Below, piece after piece: positions 52,953-62,836 of a stretch of DNA of 64,000 nt (position 1 is the stretch's first letter; every line of letters starts with the position of its first letter). The stretch spans positions 1,984,001 through 2,048,000 of the forward strand of contig OY820905.2 of the NCBI GenBank assembly GCA_963555755.3, given 5' to 3'. This DNA comes from Nitrospirales bacterium. GTDB taxonomy: Bacteria; Nitrospirota; Nitrospiria; Nitrospirales; UBA8639. The position numbers were made by a program, and so were the translations under genes. The notes beneath the pieces were generated by a model that had not been told where the DNA came from, made no database searches, and worked only from the letters and a program-made list of their open reading frames with translations.

Positions 52953-53160
52953 ACTGCCTCCTATCCCATATCGAAAGCCAACCCATGAATCGGCAACCAA
53001 CTTCATTGTTCAAGGTTCGATCGGCCCATTACGCCATGAACCAAAGCCTATAGGCCAACACGATCACGAGAATGATCACAGCGTAATCCCAACCATCAAA
53101 AAAGCCAACATCTTTTGAAACGTGCTTTTTTGTGGTCTCTTAATAGTGTTTTAACCTTCA

Positions 53161-54045
53161 ACCTAGAAACAGCAGTTGGATCACAAAAGTCCGCGCAAGC
53201 TCTTAGGGTCCGTCACGAAATAACCGGGACAATTGGCCGAGACGATTTTGGAGCGAGCCAAGGAGCGAAGAGCGCGCATACCGGGAGTATGGAAGCGATG
53301 AGCGACGCCGGCGGAGCCCAAAAGCGTCCGGCCCTCCGGGGAGGCCCATCTTTGGCCCGGGGCAGCGTTGCTCCTCGGTCACAGAGCCCCGCTCTGCTCC
53401 CTCGTCGCGCCTTGCCTCGATCACAAATCTGGGCCTCCCAATTGTCCCGGTTATTTCGTGACGGACCCTGAGCGCACATAGGAGCCTGGCCCAGATTAGA
53501 CAGATCTACTGCGGGTGCGCTGGAGGTGGCCAGATCTTCCGATCCTTTTCGGGGAATGTTGAAAAAGGCCCCCAGCTGCGTTCTCGGGCTTTTGGCGTGC
53601 TCACGTACTCCGTGTACGCTCCGCGCGCCAAAACCCCTGCGGCCTTGCTGGATGGCCTTTTTGAACATTCCCCGTTTTCGTTAAATAGTCACCACTATTC
53701 GCCTCAAACGATCGAAACATCTGGCTCAACCCAGCACCCCCTCGTCACGATCGCTAATCTCGGCCAGGCTCCTCGCAAAATACAAAAATGTCTTATCACC
53801 ACTAAGGGCTCTCGCAGGAATAACATCCCCTGTTTGGGTGCTGAGACACCTGTCTGGCAAGGCGCGAGGACTGCGCATACTCCTCGTATGGAAAGGACGA
53901 GCAACGCTGCCAGACGGGATGGATCGACGCCCAAACAGGGGATGTTATTCTTGCGCGAGCCCTTGGGTGCCCACGACTTTTTGTATTTCACCATGCACCC
54001 CAATGTCTTACACGGCTTTTTTGCGCCCAACTACTGTTTCTAGGT
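53161..54045. mobile_element. Family D composite with C (53206-53468), J (53481-53772, containing E 53551-53673) and B (53806-53962)
   Basis: TIR ACCTAGAAAC/GTTTCTAGGT; TCA duplicated on both flanks; each nested unit has its own TIR. Confidence 0.87.
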
Positions 54046-54060
54046 TCAATTAAGACATCT

Positions 54061-54201
54061 GGGCACTTCTAAAAACCAGGCATTTTTTGTGAGGGCAAGG
54101 AAGCCGCGCGCGGAAAACCGGAGTGTATGGGCGAATACATGAGGATGTGAGCACGTGGCTGACGCCGCCATCACGGAAAAGGACGGTTTTTAGAGGTGCC
54201 C
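54061..54201. mobile_element. MITE-like family A (141 bp)
   Basis: TIR as at 37529; 4-bp duplication ATCT/ATCT. Confidence 0.9.
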
Positions 54202-54332
54202 ATCTTAAAAATCTCTCGCCCCCATGGAATAGGGGAGAGGGCAAGGGTGAGGGGGTCTTAACGAATGGTTAACACACGATAAACCTAGAAACATGGCTAA
54301 GAGTCACTTGTCTTCGTGACGTTTCGTGGCAT

Positions 54333-54367
54333 AAAAAAAGCCGCCTTCCCCGTTGGGAAGGCGGCTT
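54333..54367 (-). terminator. Intrinsic terminator
   Basis: AAGCCGCCTTCCC-loop-GGGAAGGCGGCTT followed by a T-run on the minus strand. Confidence 0.75.
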
Positions 54368-54803
54368 GTCTTTGGCGCCTATAACGCCAGGACCATGATT
54401 GCCTTCTCGTGCATCGACCCGCCGATGATTGGACAGTGGGACCTTTTTGCTGAATGAGGAGCCGGGGTCTGTCTCACGCCACAGAGTGGAAGGGAAATTC
54501 TCCTCTGCGGAGTCGCCTGTTCTTTTATTCGCTCAATGAGCACGTGCTAACGGGCACGACCATAGACAGGCAGCATGAACGCCGACTAGAAGCAAAAAGT
54601 CCGCTGTGAGGAGAAGGCAACCCCAATCACAGGCGAGGCCAACTGGTCAGGTGGAGTATTGTCTTGCATAGCGAGACCCTCCTTATTGTGTGCATCGAGG
54701 GACTGGACTTTCCCTCGGGTGAGACCCCGTTATTCGAGGCAAGGAAAATGCTACGCCTGTTGGATAACGGTGTCAATTAAAAAAGCAATCCCCTCCAAGC
54801 AGA

Positions 54804-55145
54804 TTATTCCAGGAGGTGATGACTCCGCTGCGGGCGCCGTTGGCGCGGCCGTCGAAATGTTTCACCCGTGGACAGTGACGCGATAGATGATCGAGCCTTA
54901 CGGGTAGCTATTGCGCCCACCCAGGCACAGGACAATCCAAGGAAAACCATACACATCGCAAAAAACGCCTCGGAGGACACGAGCGGCATCGCACTAATCT
55001 TTGCAATAAATGGCGAACCGAACGGTTCACCTTGGGTTTGGAAAAAAGGAATCGTGAGGAAGATTCCGATCATGATTCCACCGAAAAAACGTTTGAAGGG
55101 GTTGGTCATGTTATCACTCGTTTCAACACTGACGCTCTTGAACAC
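54804..55145 (-). CDS. Hypothetical membrane protein
   Basis: Two hydrophobic segments; GAGGT RBS upstream. Confidence 0.5.
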   Translation of the reverse strand: MFKSVSVETSDNMTNPFKRFFGGIMIGIFLTIPFFQTQGEPFGSPFIAKISAMPLVSSEAFFAMCMVFLGLSCAWVGAIATRKARSSIASLSTGETFRRPRQRRPQRSHHLLE

Positions 55146-55196
55146 GCCATTGTTACCTCAAGACATGCAAGAGTCTGCGCCACAAATACAATCTGT

Positions 55197-55439
55197 TTAC
55201 ACCCCTTTGTGATTGCTCAGGACAAGCTTCCCCTTTTCAAGCACTGTGCCAACTTTTTGCATCACTCGGCCGCCCATATGGGTCACCTCGTCTTGGGCTT
55301 TGTGCACGTGCACCTGAATTTGCTCGCGCGTCACACGGCCGGAGTGCGGCGCAAATAATATTCCCAAACCGGCACCTACAGCCATTCCGCCAGCAACCGC
55401 AGCCGACATCGTCAAGACCTGTCGAAGCATAGACATCAT
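55197..55439 (-). CDS. YtxH-like protein
   Basis: G.AVGAGLGILFAPHSG..TR motif; AAGGAGG RBS. Confidence 0.85.
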   Translation of the reverse strand: MMSMLRQVLTMSAAVAGGMAVGAGLGILFAPHSGRVTREQIQVHVHKAQDEVTHMGGRVMQKVGTVLEKGKLVLSNHKGV

Positions 55440-55597
55440 GAAACCTCCTTGTGTAAGTAAGAGTGGATGAGTAGGGCTTCCCTCCGCTCGTCAAACGAGA
55501 GGAGATGGATTTGATTCCATATTCTGCCCCCATGACAAGAATTCGGTAAATACGCGGTTTGAAGTATCGGGTTCAATTCACCCCAAAAGTCTGATTA

Positions 55598-55886
55598 GGG
55601 GCCTGTTGAATATTTCATGCCCAGATCCCATAAATGCGCCAGGGAAGACAACCAACATCAGTGAGAGGAAATGTTCAAAAAAGCATGCCCTGAGTCTTTC
55701 CGAAGGGTCTATCCAGCAAGGCCGCAGCCCTTTTGACGCGCGAAGCGTACTCTCAGTACGTGAGGACGGCAAAAGGGCGACCAGCCTGCGCCAAGGCTAC
55801 GGTAGGCAGGGAACGCCGCTGGTGCCGTAGCCTTGGCGAAGGCTGGCGGCGTTTTCAACATTCCCATTAGAGTTTCGACAGGCTTC
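55598..55886. mobile_element. Outer IR element (H) containing a family E copy (55667-55865) with REP-like hairpins inside
   Basis: GCCTGTTGAA/TTCGACAGGC outer ends; E ends GGAAATGTTCAAAA/TTTTCAACATTCCC. Confidence 0.65.
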
Positions 55887-55902
55887 TGCCGATACACAGG
55901 AC

Positions 55903-56148
55903 ATGAGCGTATCGATGTTCACGGTCAAGCCTGATCTCACTCCGCATGACCAGCTACGCTTGCTGGAAGCCTGGGATGCCTGGGACATTCCGCGTGACCA
56001 ACAACGGGACTGGCAAATCCAACTCTTTGGCCCTGATTTCCATTCTCATCTTTCCGACTACTTCACGTATGAAACCGTTTTCGCCAAAGACGACCAACTC
56101 GAACTCCCCTTTGACTCCGAGCTTCCAGACCCACCCATTGTTTCCTAA
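55903..56148 (+). CDS. Hypothetical acidic protein
   Basis: 81 aa ORF with AGGA upstream; protein-like composition. Confidence 0.5.
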   Translation: MSVSMFTVKPDLTPHDQLRLLEAWDAWDIPRDQQRDWQIQLFGPDFHSHLSDYFTYETVFAKDDQLELPFDSELPDPPIVS

Positions 56149-56656
56149 AAGAGACTGTTGAAATAGTCCCCATTGGTCACTCAGCTGGCACCAGCCTCAT
56201 CTCCGTATTTTTAATAATATTGCGTGGCATCGAACCAGTAAACAATACACGGAACGAACGGCAAGTCACCACAACAGCAACCGCCTCCACCTTCGGAAAG
56301 CGATTCAGTCGACATTTTCAAGGATGCCCAAACCCTTTTTGCTAGTTCAGTGTTAGACACGTAACACTCCTCCCCAGAAGTGGTACGTCAAGGGAAGGCC
56401 GTGCCCCTTACTCCCCAAACACCGTTTTTTGGGTGCTTGATACTTAGAAATTCTTGCCCATTGCACATCCGCTTTTGTGATGTTCTCTTCAACAGGCGTC
56501 CTGTAGAAACCAATGCCCCACAAGGATTCCCTTCAATCTTTCCTACCCAACAAGAAATATTCCTTTTGAGGAATTGACACTTAGGCATCAGGTCACGCAT
56601 CATGAGAAAATGTTCCTACGTCTAAACGCGTACTCGCATCAACCATTGAAAATTCA

Positions 56657-58282
56657 GTGAACACAAAAACCAAATGCCAACAGTTTAGGCAACTCCTCCA
56701 ATCACAGGAGTTGGAATTCATTTGTGAAGCCCATAATGGGCTCAGTGCCAAAATTGTGGAGGAAGCTGGGTTCAAGGGGATTTGGGGCAGTGGCTTGACC
56801 ATTTCCGCTCAGTTCGGGGTTCGAGACAATAATGAAGCGAGCTGGACGCAAATTCTGGACAACCTCGAGTTCATGTCTGATGCCACACATATTCCCATCC
56901 TGCTCGACGGCGATACTGGTTATGGCAATTTCAATAACATGCAACGACTCATTCGCAAACTCGAACAGCGCCAGATCGCCGCCGTCTGCATCGAAGACAA
57001 ACTCTTCCCCAAAACGAATAGTTTCTTGAAGGGCGATGCCCAACCCATGGCGGACATCGATGAATTTTCCGGCAAAATCAAAGCCGGCAAAGATGCGCAA
57101 ACCGATGACGATTTTTGCATCATCGCCCGGGTCGAAGCCTTTATTTGCGGGTGGGGGTTGGCCGAGGCCTTACGACGCGCCGACGCGTATCATCAAGCAG
57201 GCGCCGATGGCATTTTAATTCATAGTGCCCTGGCCGTTCCTGATGAAATCCTGTCATTCAAACGCGAATGGGGTGATCGCTGCCCGGTCGTCATCGTTCC
57301 GACGAAATATTATTCCACGCCGACCGACGTCTTTCGGCATTCCGAGTTCGCCATGGTCATTTGGGCCAACCACCTTCTTCGCACGGCTGTCACGACGATG
57401 CAAAAAACCGCCAAGACGTTGAAAGAACAGGAGCACCTGCTGTCCATCGAAGACCGAATCGCACCGGTATCTGAAATCTTTCGTCTTCAAGGTGCGGCAG
57501 AACTTCAAGAGGCGGAAAAACGGTATCTCCCGCAGAACTCCGAAAACATGGCCGCCATTATCCTGGCCGCTTCCCGAGGGGATGAGCTAGGTGAACTCAC
57601 GGAAGACAAACCCAAAACCATGGTGCATATCCAAGGCACGCCTCTCCTGTCCCACATTGTGGATGCCTACAATGCCGTGGGGATCAAAAATATTACGGTC
57701 GTTCGTGGTTACAAAAAAGAAGCCGTGACGCTGCCGAATCTCACCTATGTGGATAATGATAGGTTCGCCGATACAGGAGAATTGGATTCGCTGCTCAAAG
57801 CGCTTCGCGCAAAAAACGGGGCATTTCAAGACACAATTATTTCTTATGGCGATGTCTTGTTCAATCAATACATTCCACAAACGCTTTTCCAGGAACAAGA
57901 AGATCTGGTCATATTCGTGGATAGCTCATGGGAAGGGAAGACCAGTTATACTCGTCTCGGAGGATTCGCGGAATGCACCCTTCCCAATTCACGGAAAACA
58001 TTCCATTCAAAAGTGTATTTACAACAATTAGGCCAAGATGTGCCGGAAGCCTCCATCCACGGCGTCTGGATGGGATTCCTCAAAGTTTCCTCCAAAGCAT
58101 GTGAACAATTACAAGAAATTTTAGAACACATGCTTGCCGATCCTGCCAACCGGAAAGCCGGCATGTCTCAGTTGTTTCAAGAGTTGCTGCGACGGAAATT
58201 TTCCATCCGGGTCCTGTACACTGTTGGCCATTGGCTGGATATTAATAGCCTCGACGATATCGTCCATGCCGGAGAGTTTTAA
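56657..58282 (+). CDS. aepX: Phosphoenolpyruvate mutase fused to a C-terminal NTP-transferase domain
   Basis: PepM signature [24 protein letters not shown]-terminal ILAASRG..LG.LT.DKPK.M; GTG start. Confidence 0.95.
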   Translation: MNTKTKCQQFRQLLQSQELEFICEAHNGLSAKIVEEAGFKGIWGSGLTISAQFGVRDNNEASWTQILDNLEFMSDATHIPILLDGDTGYGNFNNMQRLIRKLEQRQIAAVCIEDKLFPKTNSFLKGDAQPMADIDEFSGKIKAGKDAQTDDDFCIIARVEAFICGWGLAEALRRADAYHQAGADGILIHSALAVPDEILSFKREWGDRCPVVIVPTKYYSTPTDVFRHSEFAMVIWANHLLRTAVTTMQKTAKTLKEQEHLLSIEDRIAPVSEIFRLQGAAELQEAEKRYLPQNSENMAAIILAASRGDELGELTEDKPKTMVHIQGTPLLSHIVDAYNAVGIKNITVVRGYKKEAVTLPNLTYVDNDRFADTGELDSLLKALRAKNGAFQDTIISYGDVLFNQYIPQTLFQEQEDLVIFVDSSWEGKTSYTRLGGFAECTLPNSRKTFHSKVYLQQLGQDVPEASIHGVWMGFLKVSSKACEQLQEILEHMLADPANRKAGMSQLFQELLRRKFSIRVLYTVGHWLDINSLDDIVHAGEF

Positions 58283-58352
58283 AGTCTGAAGGGCCCCGTG
58301 AGTTCCATAGGGATTCCCGCAACTGATTCATCCTTCCAAACAGAAATCCATT

Positions 58353-59477
58353 ATGCTTGACCCCGAACAGTTTTTTGCATGCCTTCAGCAGCATGAGGTG
58401 TCGTTTTTCACAGGAGTCCCGGATTCACTGCTGAAAGATTTTTGTGCTTGCGTGACGCAAAAGGCTCCAGAGAACCAACATATTATCAGTGCCAATGAAG
58501 GCGGGGCCGTTGCCTTGGCGGTTGGCTACCATCTCGCCACAGGGAACATTCCTTTGGTCTATTTACAGAATTCCGGGTTGGGGAACATCATTAATCCCCT
58601 TCTCTCACTGGCCGATCCGGACGTGTATGCCATTCCCATACTGTTCGTCATCGGATGGCGAGGTGAACCGGACGTGCATGATGAACCCCAACATAAAAAG
58701 CAAGGGCGGGTCATGCTGTCCATGCTGGACTCGATGGAAATACCCTATTCCATTGTCAACCCGGAGATGGATCAGGCCGAGGCAACCATTAAACAGGCAC
58801 TTCACACCGCTCGTGAGACTCATGGCCCCTATGCCCTGATCATTCGAAAAGGCACCTTTAGTCCGTTTCAGCTCCAGCAACCGCCCGCCCCGTCTTTTGA
58901 ATTAACAAGGGAAGCAGCCATTCACCATATCCTTGATGAGCTCGGAGATGAGGATATCGTTATCTCCACGACCGGCATGCCCTCTCGCGAAGTCTTTGAA
59001 TATCGAGCGCACAAGAATCAAGGGCATCAACGAGATTTCTTAACGGTGGGTGGAATGGGACATGCGTCACACATCGCCTTGGGCATTGCTCTTCAAAAAC
59101 CCGACCGAAAGGTATTGTGTTTGGATGGCGATGGGGCGGTACTCATGCATTTGGGTGCCCTGGCCATCAATGGGTCTCTCAAACCACAGAATTTTACACA
59201 TATCCTCCTCAACAACGGGGCCCACGATTCCGTGGGCGGACAACCGACCGTTGGGTTTCAAGTAGACTTTTTGACCATGGCTCAAGCGGTAGGCTATAAA
59301 ACAACAGCCCAGGTTCAGACCGCTGAAGGGATCAAACACGAACTCGTGAGGATTCGAAAATCTCAAGGACCAAGCTTACTGGAAATTCGTATCAACAAAG
59401 GGGCAAGAAAAGATTTAGGAAGACCAACATTGACTCCGGTTCAGAATAAACAGGGGTTTATGAAATTTCTTTCCTAA
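58353..59477 (+). CDS. aepY: Phosphonopyruvate decarboxylase
   Basis: FTGVPDSLL, ANEG, QNSGLGN, DEPQH, VGGMGH, DGDGA.LMH. Confidence 0.95.
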   Translation: MLDPEQFFACLQQHEVSFFTGVPDSLLKDFCACVTQKAPENQHIISANEGGAVALAVGYHLATGNIPLVYLQNSGLGNIINPLLSLADPDVYAIPILFVIGWRGEPDVHDEPQHKKQGRVMLSMLDSMEIPYSIVNPEMDQAEATIKQALHTARETHGPYALIIRKGTFSPFQLQQPPAPSFELTREAAIHHILDELGDEDIVISTTGMPSREVFEYRAHKNQGHQRDFLTVGGMGHASHIALGIALQKPDRKVLCLDGDGAVLMHLGALAINGSLKPQNFTHILLNNGAHDSVGGQPTVGFQVDFLTMAQAVGYKTTAQVQTAEGIKHELVRIRKSQGPSLLEIRINKGARKDLGRPTLTPVQNKQGFMKFLS

Positions 59478-59596
59478 TCTGTTCGGACGTAATGCGTGAA
59501 GCGTAGGGGAAAAAGAGCAACGGTATTTCTTCCACCTATAACGGATCACCCATCACGGATCACGAAACCGGCCAATAATTTTCTGCGCCACCAATC

Positions 59597-60439
59597 ATGA
59601 ACACCCTCACAGCCTATAATGGCATTCACATCCCGGTCTTCATGTATGGCACCGCCTGGAAGAAAGAGGCGACAGACGATCTCGTTCAATTGGCTGTCTC
59701 TTCCGGGTTTACCGCTATCGACACAGCCAATCAACTCATCCATTACAATGAGGCCCTCGTGGGAGAGGCCTTACTCACCCTTGCCAGCCAAGGCACCACG
59801 CGAGAATCCTTATTTCTCCAAACCAAATTCACGTCGGTTTCCGGGCAAGACCATCGCACACCTTACGATCCGATTGCCCCAATTTCCAAACAAGTCGAAC
59901 AATCGTTTGAAAATTCGCTGCAACATCTGCATACCGATTACCTAGACTCCTACGTCTTGCACGGGCCATATTCGCGACATGGTTTAGGAAAGGAAGACCG
60001 GGAAGTCTGGACAGCCTTTGAAGGAATCTATCAGTCAGGCCAGACCAAAATGATTGGCATCAGCAATGTCACGGCAAGCCAACTCCGCCAGCTTTGTGAG
60101 GAAGCCACGGTGAAACCCATGGTCGTCCAGAACCGCTGTTATGCCAGTCATGGGTGGGATCATGAAGTGCGAGAACTCTGCACCGCGCACGACATTATCT
60201 ATCAAGGGTTTTCGCTCTTAACCGCCAACCAAAATGTATTGAGAGACCCGGAAATTGGAAGGATCGCTCATCGTGTGGGGTCAGGGCAGATGCAGGTCAT
60301 CTTTCGGTTTGCCCAGCAAATCGGCATGCTCCCCTTAACCGGCACGACCAACGCACAACATATGAAAGACGATTTACAAATTGAGAACTTCCAACTCACC
60401 TCGGAAGAAATCACGCAGATTGAAAGAATTGGACTATGA
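59597..60439 (+). CDS. Aldo/keto reductase
   Basis: YGTAW, IDTA...HY.E, FLQTK, DYLDSYVLHGP, IGISN. Confidence 0.9.
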   Translation: MNTLTAYNGIHIPVFMYGTAWKKEATDDLVQLAVSSGFTAIDTANQLIHYNEALVGEALLTLASQGTTRESLFLQTKFTSVSGQDHRTPYDPIAPISKQVEQSFENSLQHLHTDYLDSYVLHGPYSRHGLGKEDREVWTAFEGIYQSGQTKMIGISNVTASQLRQLCEEATVKPMVVQNRCYASHGWDHEVRELCTAHDIIYQGFSLLTANQNVLRDPEIGRIAHRVGSGQMQVIFRFAQQIGMLPLTGTTNAQHMKDDLQIENFQLTSEEITQIERIGL

Positions 60440-60979
60440 TGGCGCTGATTCCGTTTGATTGTCCTCTTGATTCTTTGAGCCGCTGACTTCGGAGGTCAAT
60501 GTATCAGATGTCTCCGCCGTTGCCCGGGATAGATCCTTACTCTCAGCCACTGGGCCAAAAGTCTTTTTGGACTTAACCTGGCCTGCTTTACCCTGGCCTA
60601 TTGAGGAGCCCATGGTGATTTTTCCATTAAAAATCACGCCATTGTCCATAGACAGTTTGGGAGTTGTAATCGACGCATCAATGGTCGCCGGCGATTTAAG
60701 CTCGACCCGTTGGACGGCGGTGATTTCTCCCGTGATTCGCCCACTGGCGATCACCGCCCCAGCATGAATCTGAGCTTTCACGTTAGCTTGCTCGCCGATG
60801 AATAAGGTGTCTTCGGTTTCAATTTCGCCTTCGAAAGTTCCATCGATTCGAACATTCCCTTTGTAGGTCAGCACCCCGGAAAATTGTACTTCGTGCCCCA
60901 CAAACGCCACGATGTCTCCCAACTCTGATAACGTTCTCTCCATTGTCCGATTTGAGAATTCGTCTTTTTCCTGGGCCAT
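60434..60979 (-). CDS. Bactofilin (polymer-forming cytoskeletal protein)
   Basis: VRIDG.FEGEI...L.IGE.A.V.A.I, G.I.GEI.A..RVEL. Confidence 0.9.
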   Translation of the reverse strand: MAQEKDEFSNRTMERTLSELGDIVAFVGHEVQFSGVLTYKGNVRIDGTFEGEIETEDTLFIGEQANVKAQIHAGAVIASGRITGEITAVQRVELKSPATIDASITTPKLSMDNGVIFNGKITMGSSIGQGKAGQVKSKKTFGPVAESKDLSRATAETSDTLTSEVSGSKNQEDNQTESAPS

Positions 60980-61236
60980 AGTTTCACTCCTTCATCACCA
61001 AAGACAAACTTACAAGGCCAATGCCAAGACACCCTACAAGAAATATGGCCTCGCTTCAATGCACAGATACAATTTTCCATGCCTCCCTTTTCATATTGTC
61101 TCTTTTTCAGGTATTTTCTCTTGGTTCACCGATTTAACCTAGACATTATGTATTGACCTGCCCAATCTTCAGGCACGTGGGGTAAGCTACGGGGGAATCA
61201 CCCGGAGTTTACAACCACCATGAAGGAGGACAGGGC

Positions 61237-62361
61237 ATGAACCAGTTTCACAAGTTTGTTGGGTTGGACACACACAAGGACACGATTGCGGTGGCGGTGA
61301 GTGAGGCGAATGGGGGGCCCACCCGGTACTATGGTGAAATTTCAAACACGCCCAAGGCGCTGGCCAAGTTGGTCAAGACCCTGACCGCCCAAGGGGACGC
61401 GGTGTCATTTTGTTATGAGGCCGGCCCGTGTGGCTATGGGATCTATCGACAACTCACGGCGTTGGGCCAGGCTTGCGCGGTGGTGGCGCCGTCCCTGATC
61501 CCCACGAAACCGGGCGACCGAGTGAAGACGGATCGGCGCGACAGTGAATCGCTGTCCCGGTTGCATCGGGCAGGCGAGCTCACAGCCGTCTGGGTGCCGG
61601 ATCAGGAGCAGGAAGCGATGCGGGATCTCACGCGAGCGCGGGAAGATATGAAAGGGCTGGAACGGATCACCAAACAACGGCTCAATGCGTTTCTGCTTCG
61701 GCATGGCCGCAACTATGATCGGGGAAAATGTCGTTGGACCCAGGCGCATAGCCGCTGGTTGGCAGGCCTGAAGTTTGAGAACACGGTGCAACAGATTGTC
61801 TTTCAAGAATATATAGAGGCGGTGAAGCAGGCCGCAGGCCGCGTGTCCGGGTTGGAACACGAGATGGCGCAAGCGCTAAAGACCTGGGAGCTGGCCCCAA
61901 TGGTCGAGGCCCTGATGGCCCTGCGCGGGGTGAAGCTGATCACCGCCATGACCGTGCTGGCAGAACTGGGGGACCTCAGTCGTTTTACCTCCCCGTCGCA
62001 ACTGATGGCCTATCTGGGGCTGGTGCCTCGTGAACACTCCAGTGGCCAGACCCGGCGGCGCGGCGGGATCACCAAGACGGGTAACGGCCATGTGCGGCGG
62101 GTGCTGGTCGAAGCCGCCTGGGGATACCGGTTCCCGGCTCGTAAGACTGCGCATCTGCAACGGCGGGCCACACAGACGTCCGCAGCCGTGCAGGCCATCG
62201 CCTGGAAAGCCCAGAAGCGATTGTGCGGGCGCTATCGGCATCTGCTGGCGGCCGGGAAACTCACGGTGCAGGCTTGTACGGCTGTGGCCCGGGAGTTGGC
62301 GGGGTTTATCTGGGCGATTGCGTGTGAAGTCCTGAACCAACCGGCTGTGAACACTCGGTAA
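61237..62361 (+). CDS. IS110 family DEDD recombinase/transposase
   Basis: VGLDTHK, YEAGPCG, KTDRRD, GLVPREHSSG, GGITKTGN. Confidence 0.96.
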   Translation: MNQFHKFVGLDTHKDTIAVAVSEANGGPTRYYGEISNTPKALAKLVKTLTAQGDAVSFCYEAGPCGYGIYRQLTALGQACAVVAPSLIPTKPGDRVKTDRRDSESLSRLHRAGELTAVWVPDQEQEAMRDLTRAREDMKGLERITKQRLNAFLLRHGRNYDRGKCRWTQAHSRWLAGLKFENTVQQIVFQEYIEAVKQAAGRVSGLEHEMAQALKTWELAPMVEALMALRGVKLITAMTVLAELGDLSRFTSPSQLMAYLGLVPREHSSGQTRRRGGITKTGNGHVRRVLVEAAWGYRFPARKTAHLQRRATQTSAAVQAIAWKAQKRLCGRYRHLLAAGKLTVQACTAVARELAGFIWAIACEVLNQPAVNTR

Positions 62362-62406
62362 GACCTGAGCGAACTGACTGGTTAGCACCACCATGCACAC
62401 AAGGAA

Positions 62407-62618
62407 TATCCAGCCAGTCTTTGGGCCAGGGCAGGGGCGGCCGGTGGGAGAATCCTCGGCGTTTCTATGAGGCGCTCAACAGAACTGAGACGACCCTCGA
62501 TCCTAGAGAGAGGCAGCTCCACGACGAAGAGAGGTCAGGCGGTGTCGACCCGCGTATATCAGAGTGATCCACCGTCGTTGATTGCCACCCCTGCCCTGTG
62601 CCAAGGACTGGCTGGATA
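62407..62618 (+). ncRNA. Predicted bridge/seek RNA of the IS110 element
   Basis: Long closing stem TATCCAGCCAGTC..AGGGCAGGGG / CCCCTGCCCT..GACTGGCTGGATA enclosing two internal loops with target- and donor-matching segments. Confidence 0.7.
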
Positions 62619-62680
62619 AAGCCAGAACGGATGCGACATTGAACACTTGATTACCAATAGTTGACAGGTCAATACATATC

Positions 62681-62755
62681 AGAAACGGCAGTTGGGCGCA
62701 AAAAGGCGTGTAAGATATTGGTGTGCATGGTGAAATACAAAAAGTCGTGGTCACC
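62681..62755. mobile_element. Remainder of family D left end (first 4 bp at 61137-61140)
   Basis: AGAAACGGCAGTTGGGCGCAAAAAGGCGTGTAAGATATTGG...GTGGTCACC matches 8441-8516. Confidence 0.85.
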
Positions 62756-62836
62756 ATAGGGGTCGGGCAAAATAGTGACCCAGTTGCCCCCCAGCTTAAC
62801 CATAACGTTGATGTCGCCTACATGTTTGAGTCAATC

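Larger units (their letters stand above)
61141..62680 (+). mobile_element. IS110 family, IS1111-type insertion sequence (1540 bp) inserted in a family D TIR
   Basis: 13-bp subterminal IR ATGTATTGACCTG (61148-61160 / 62665-62677), 7 bp and 3 bp from the ends; removal restores ACCT|AGAAACGGCAG. Confidence 0.9.

Noticed and set aside
53029..53140. Short hydrophobic frame DVGFFDGWDYAVIILVIVLAYRLWFMA* on the minus strand
   Set aside because: No convincing in-frame start or RBS upstream of it; at most a gene remnant.
52952..53160. Fluoride riboswitch upstream of the ppgK-crcB-DUF190 run
   Set aside because: No GGCGATGG...CGCC / TGATG-type consensus recognisable on the minus strand.
54640..54730. 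yybP-ykoY-like words (GGAGTA...GCGAGACC)
   Set aside because: Spacing is too short, the second arm is missing and there is no downstream gene on that strand.
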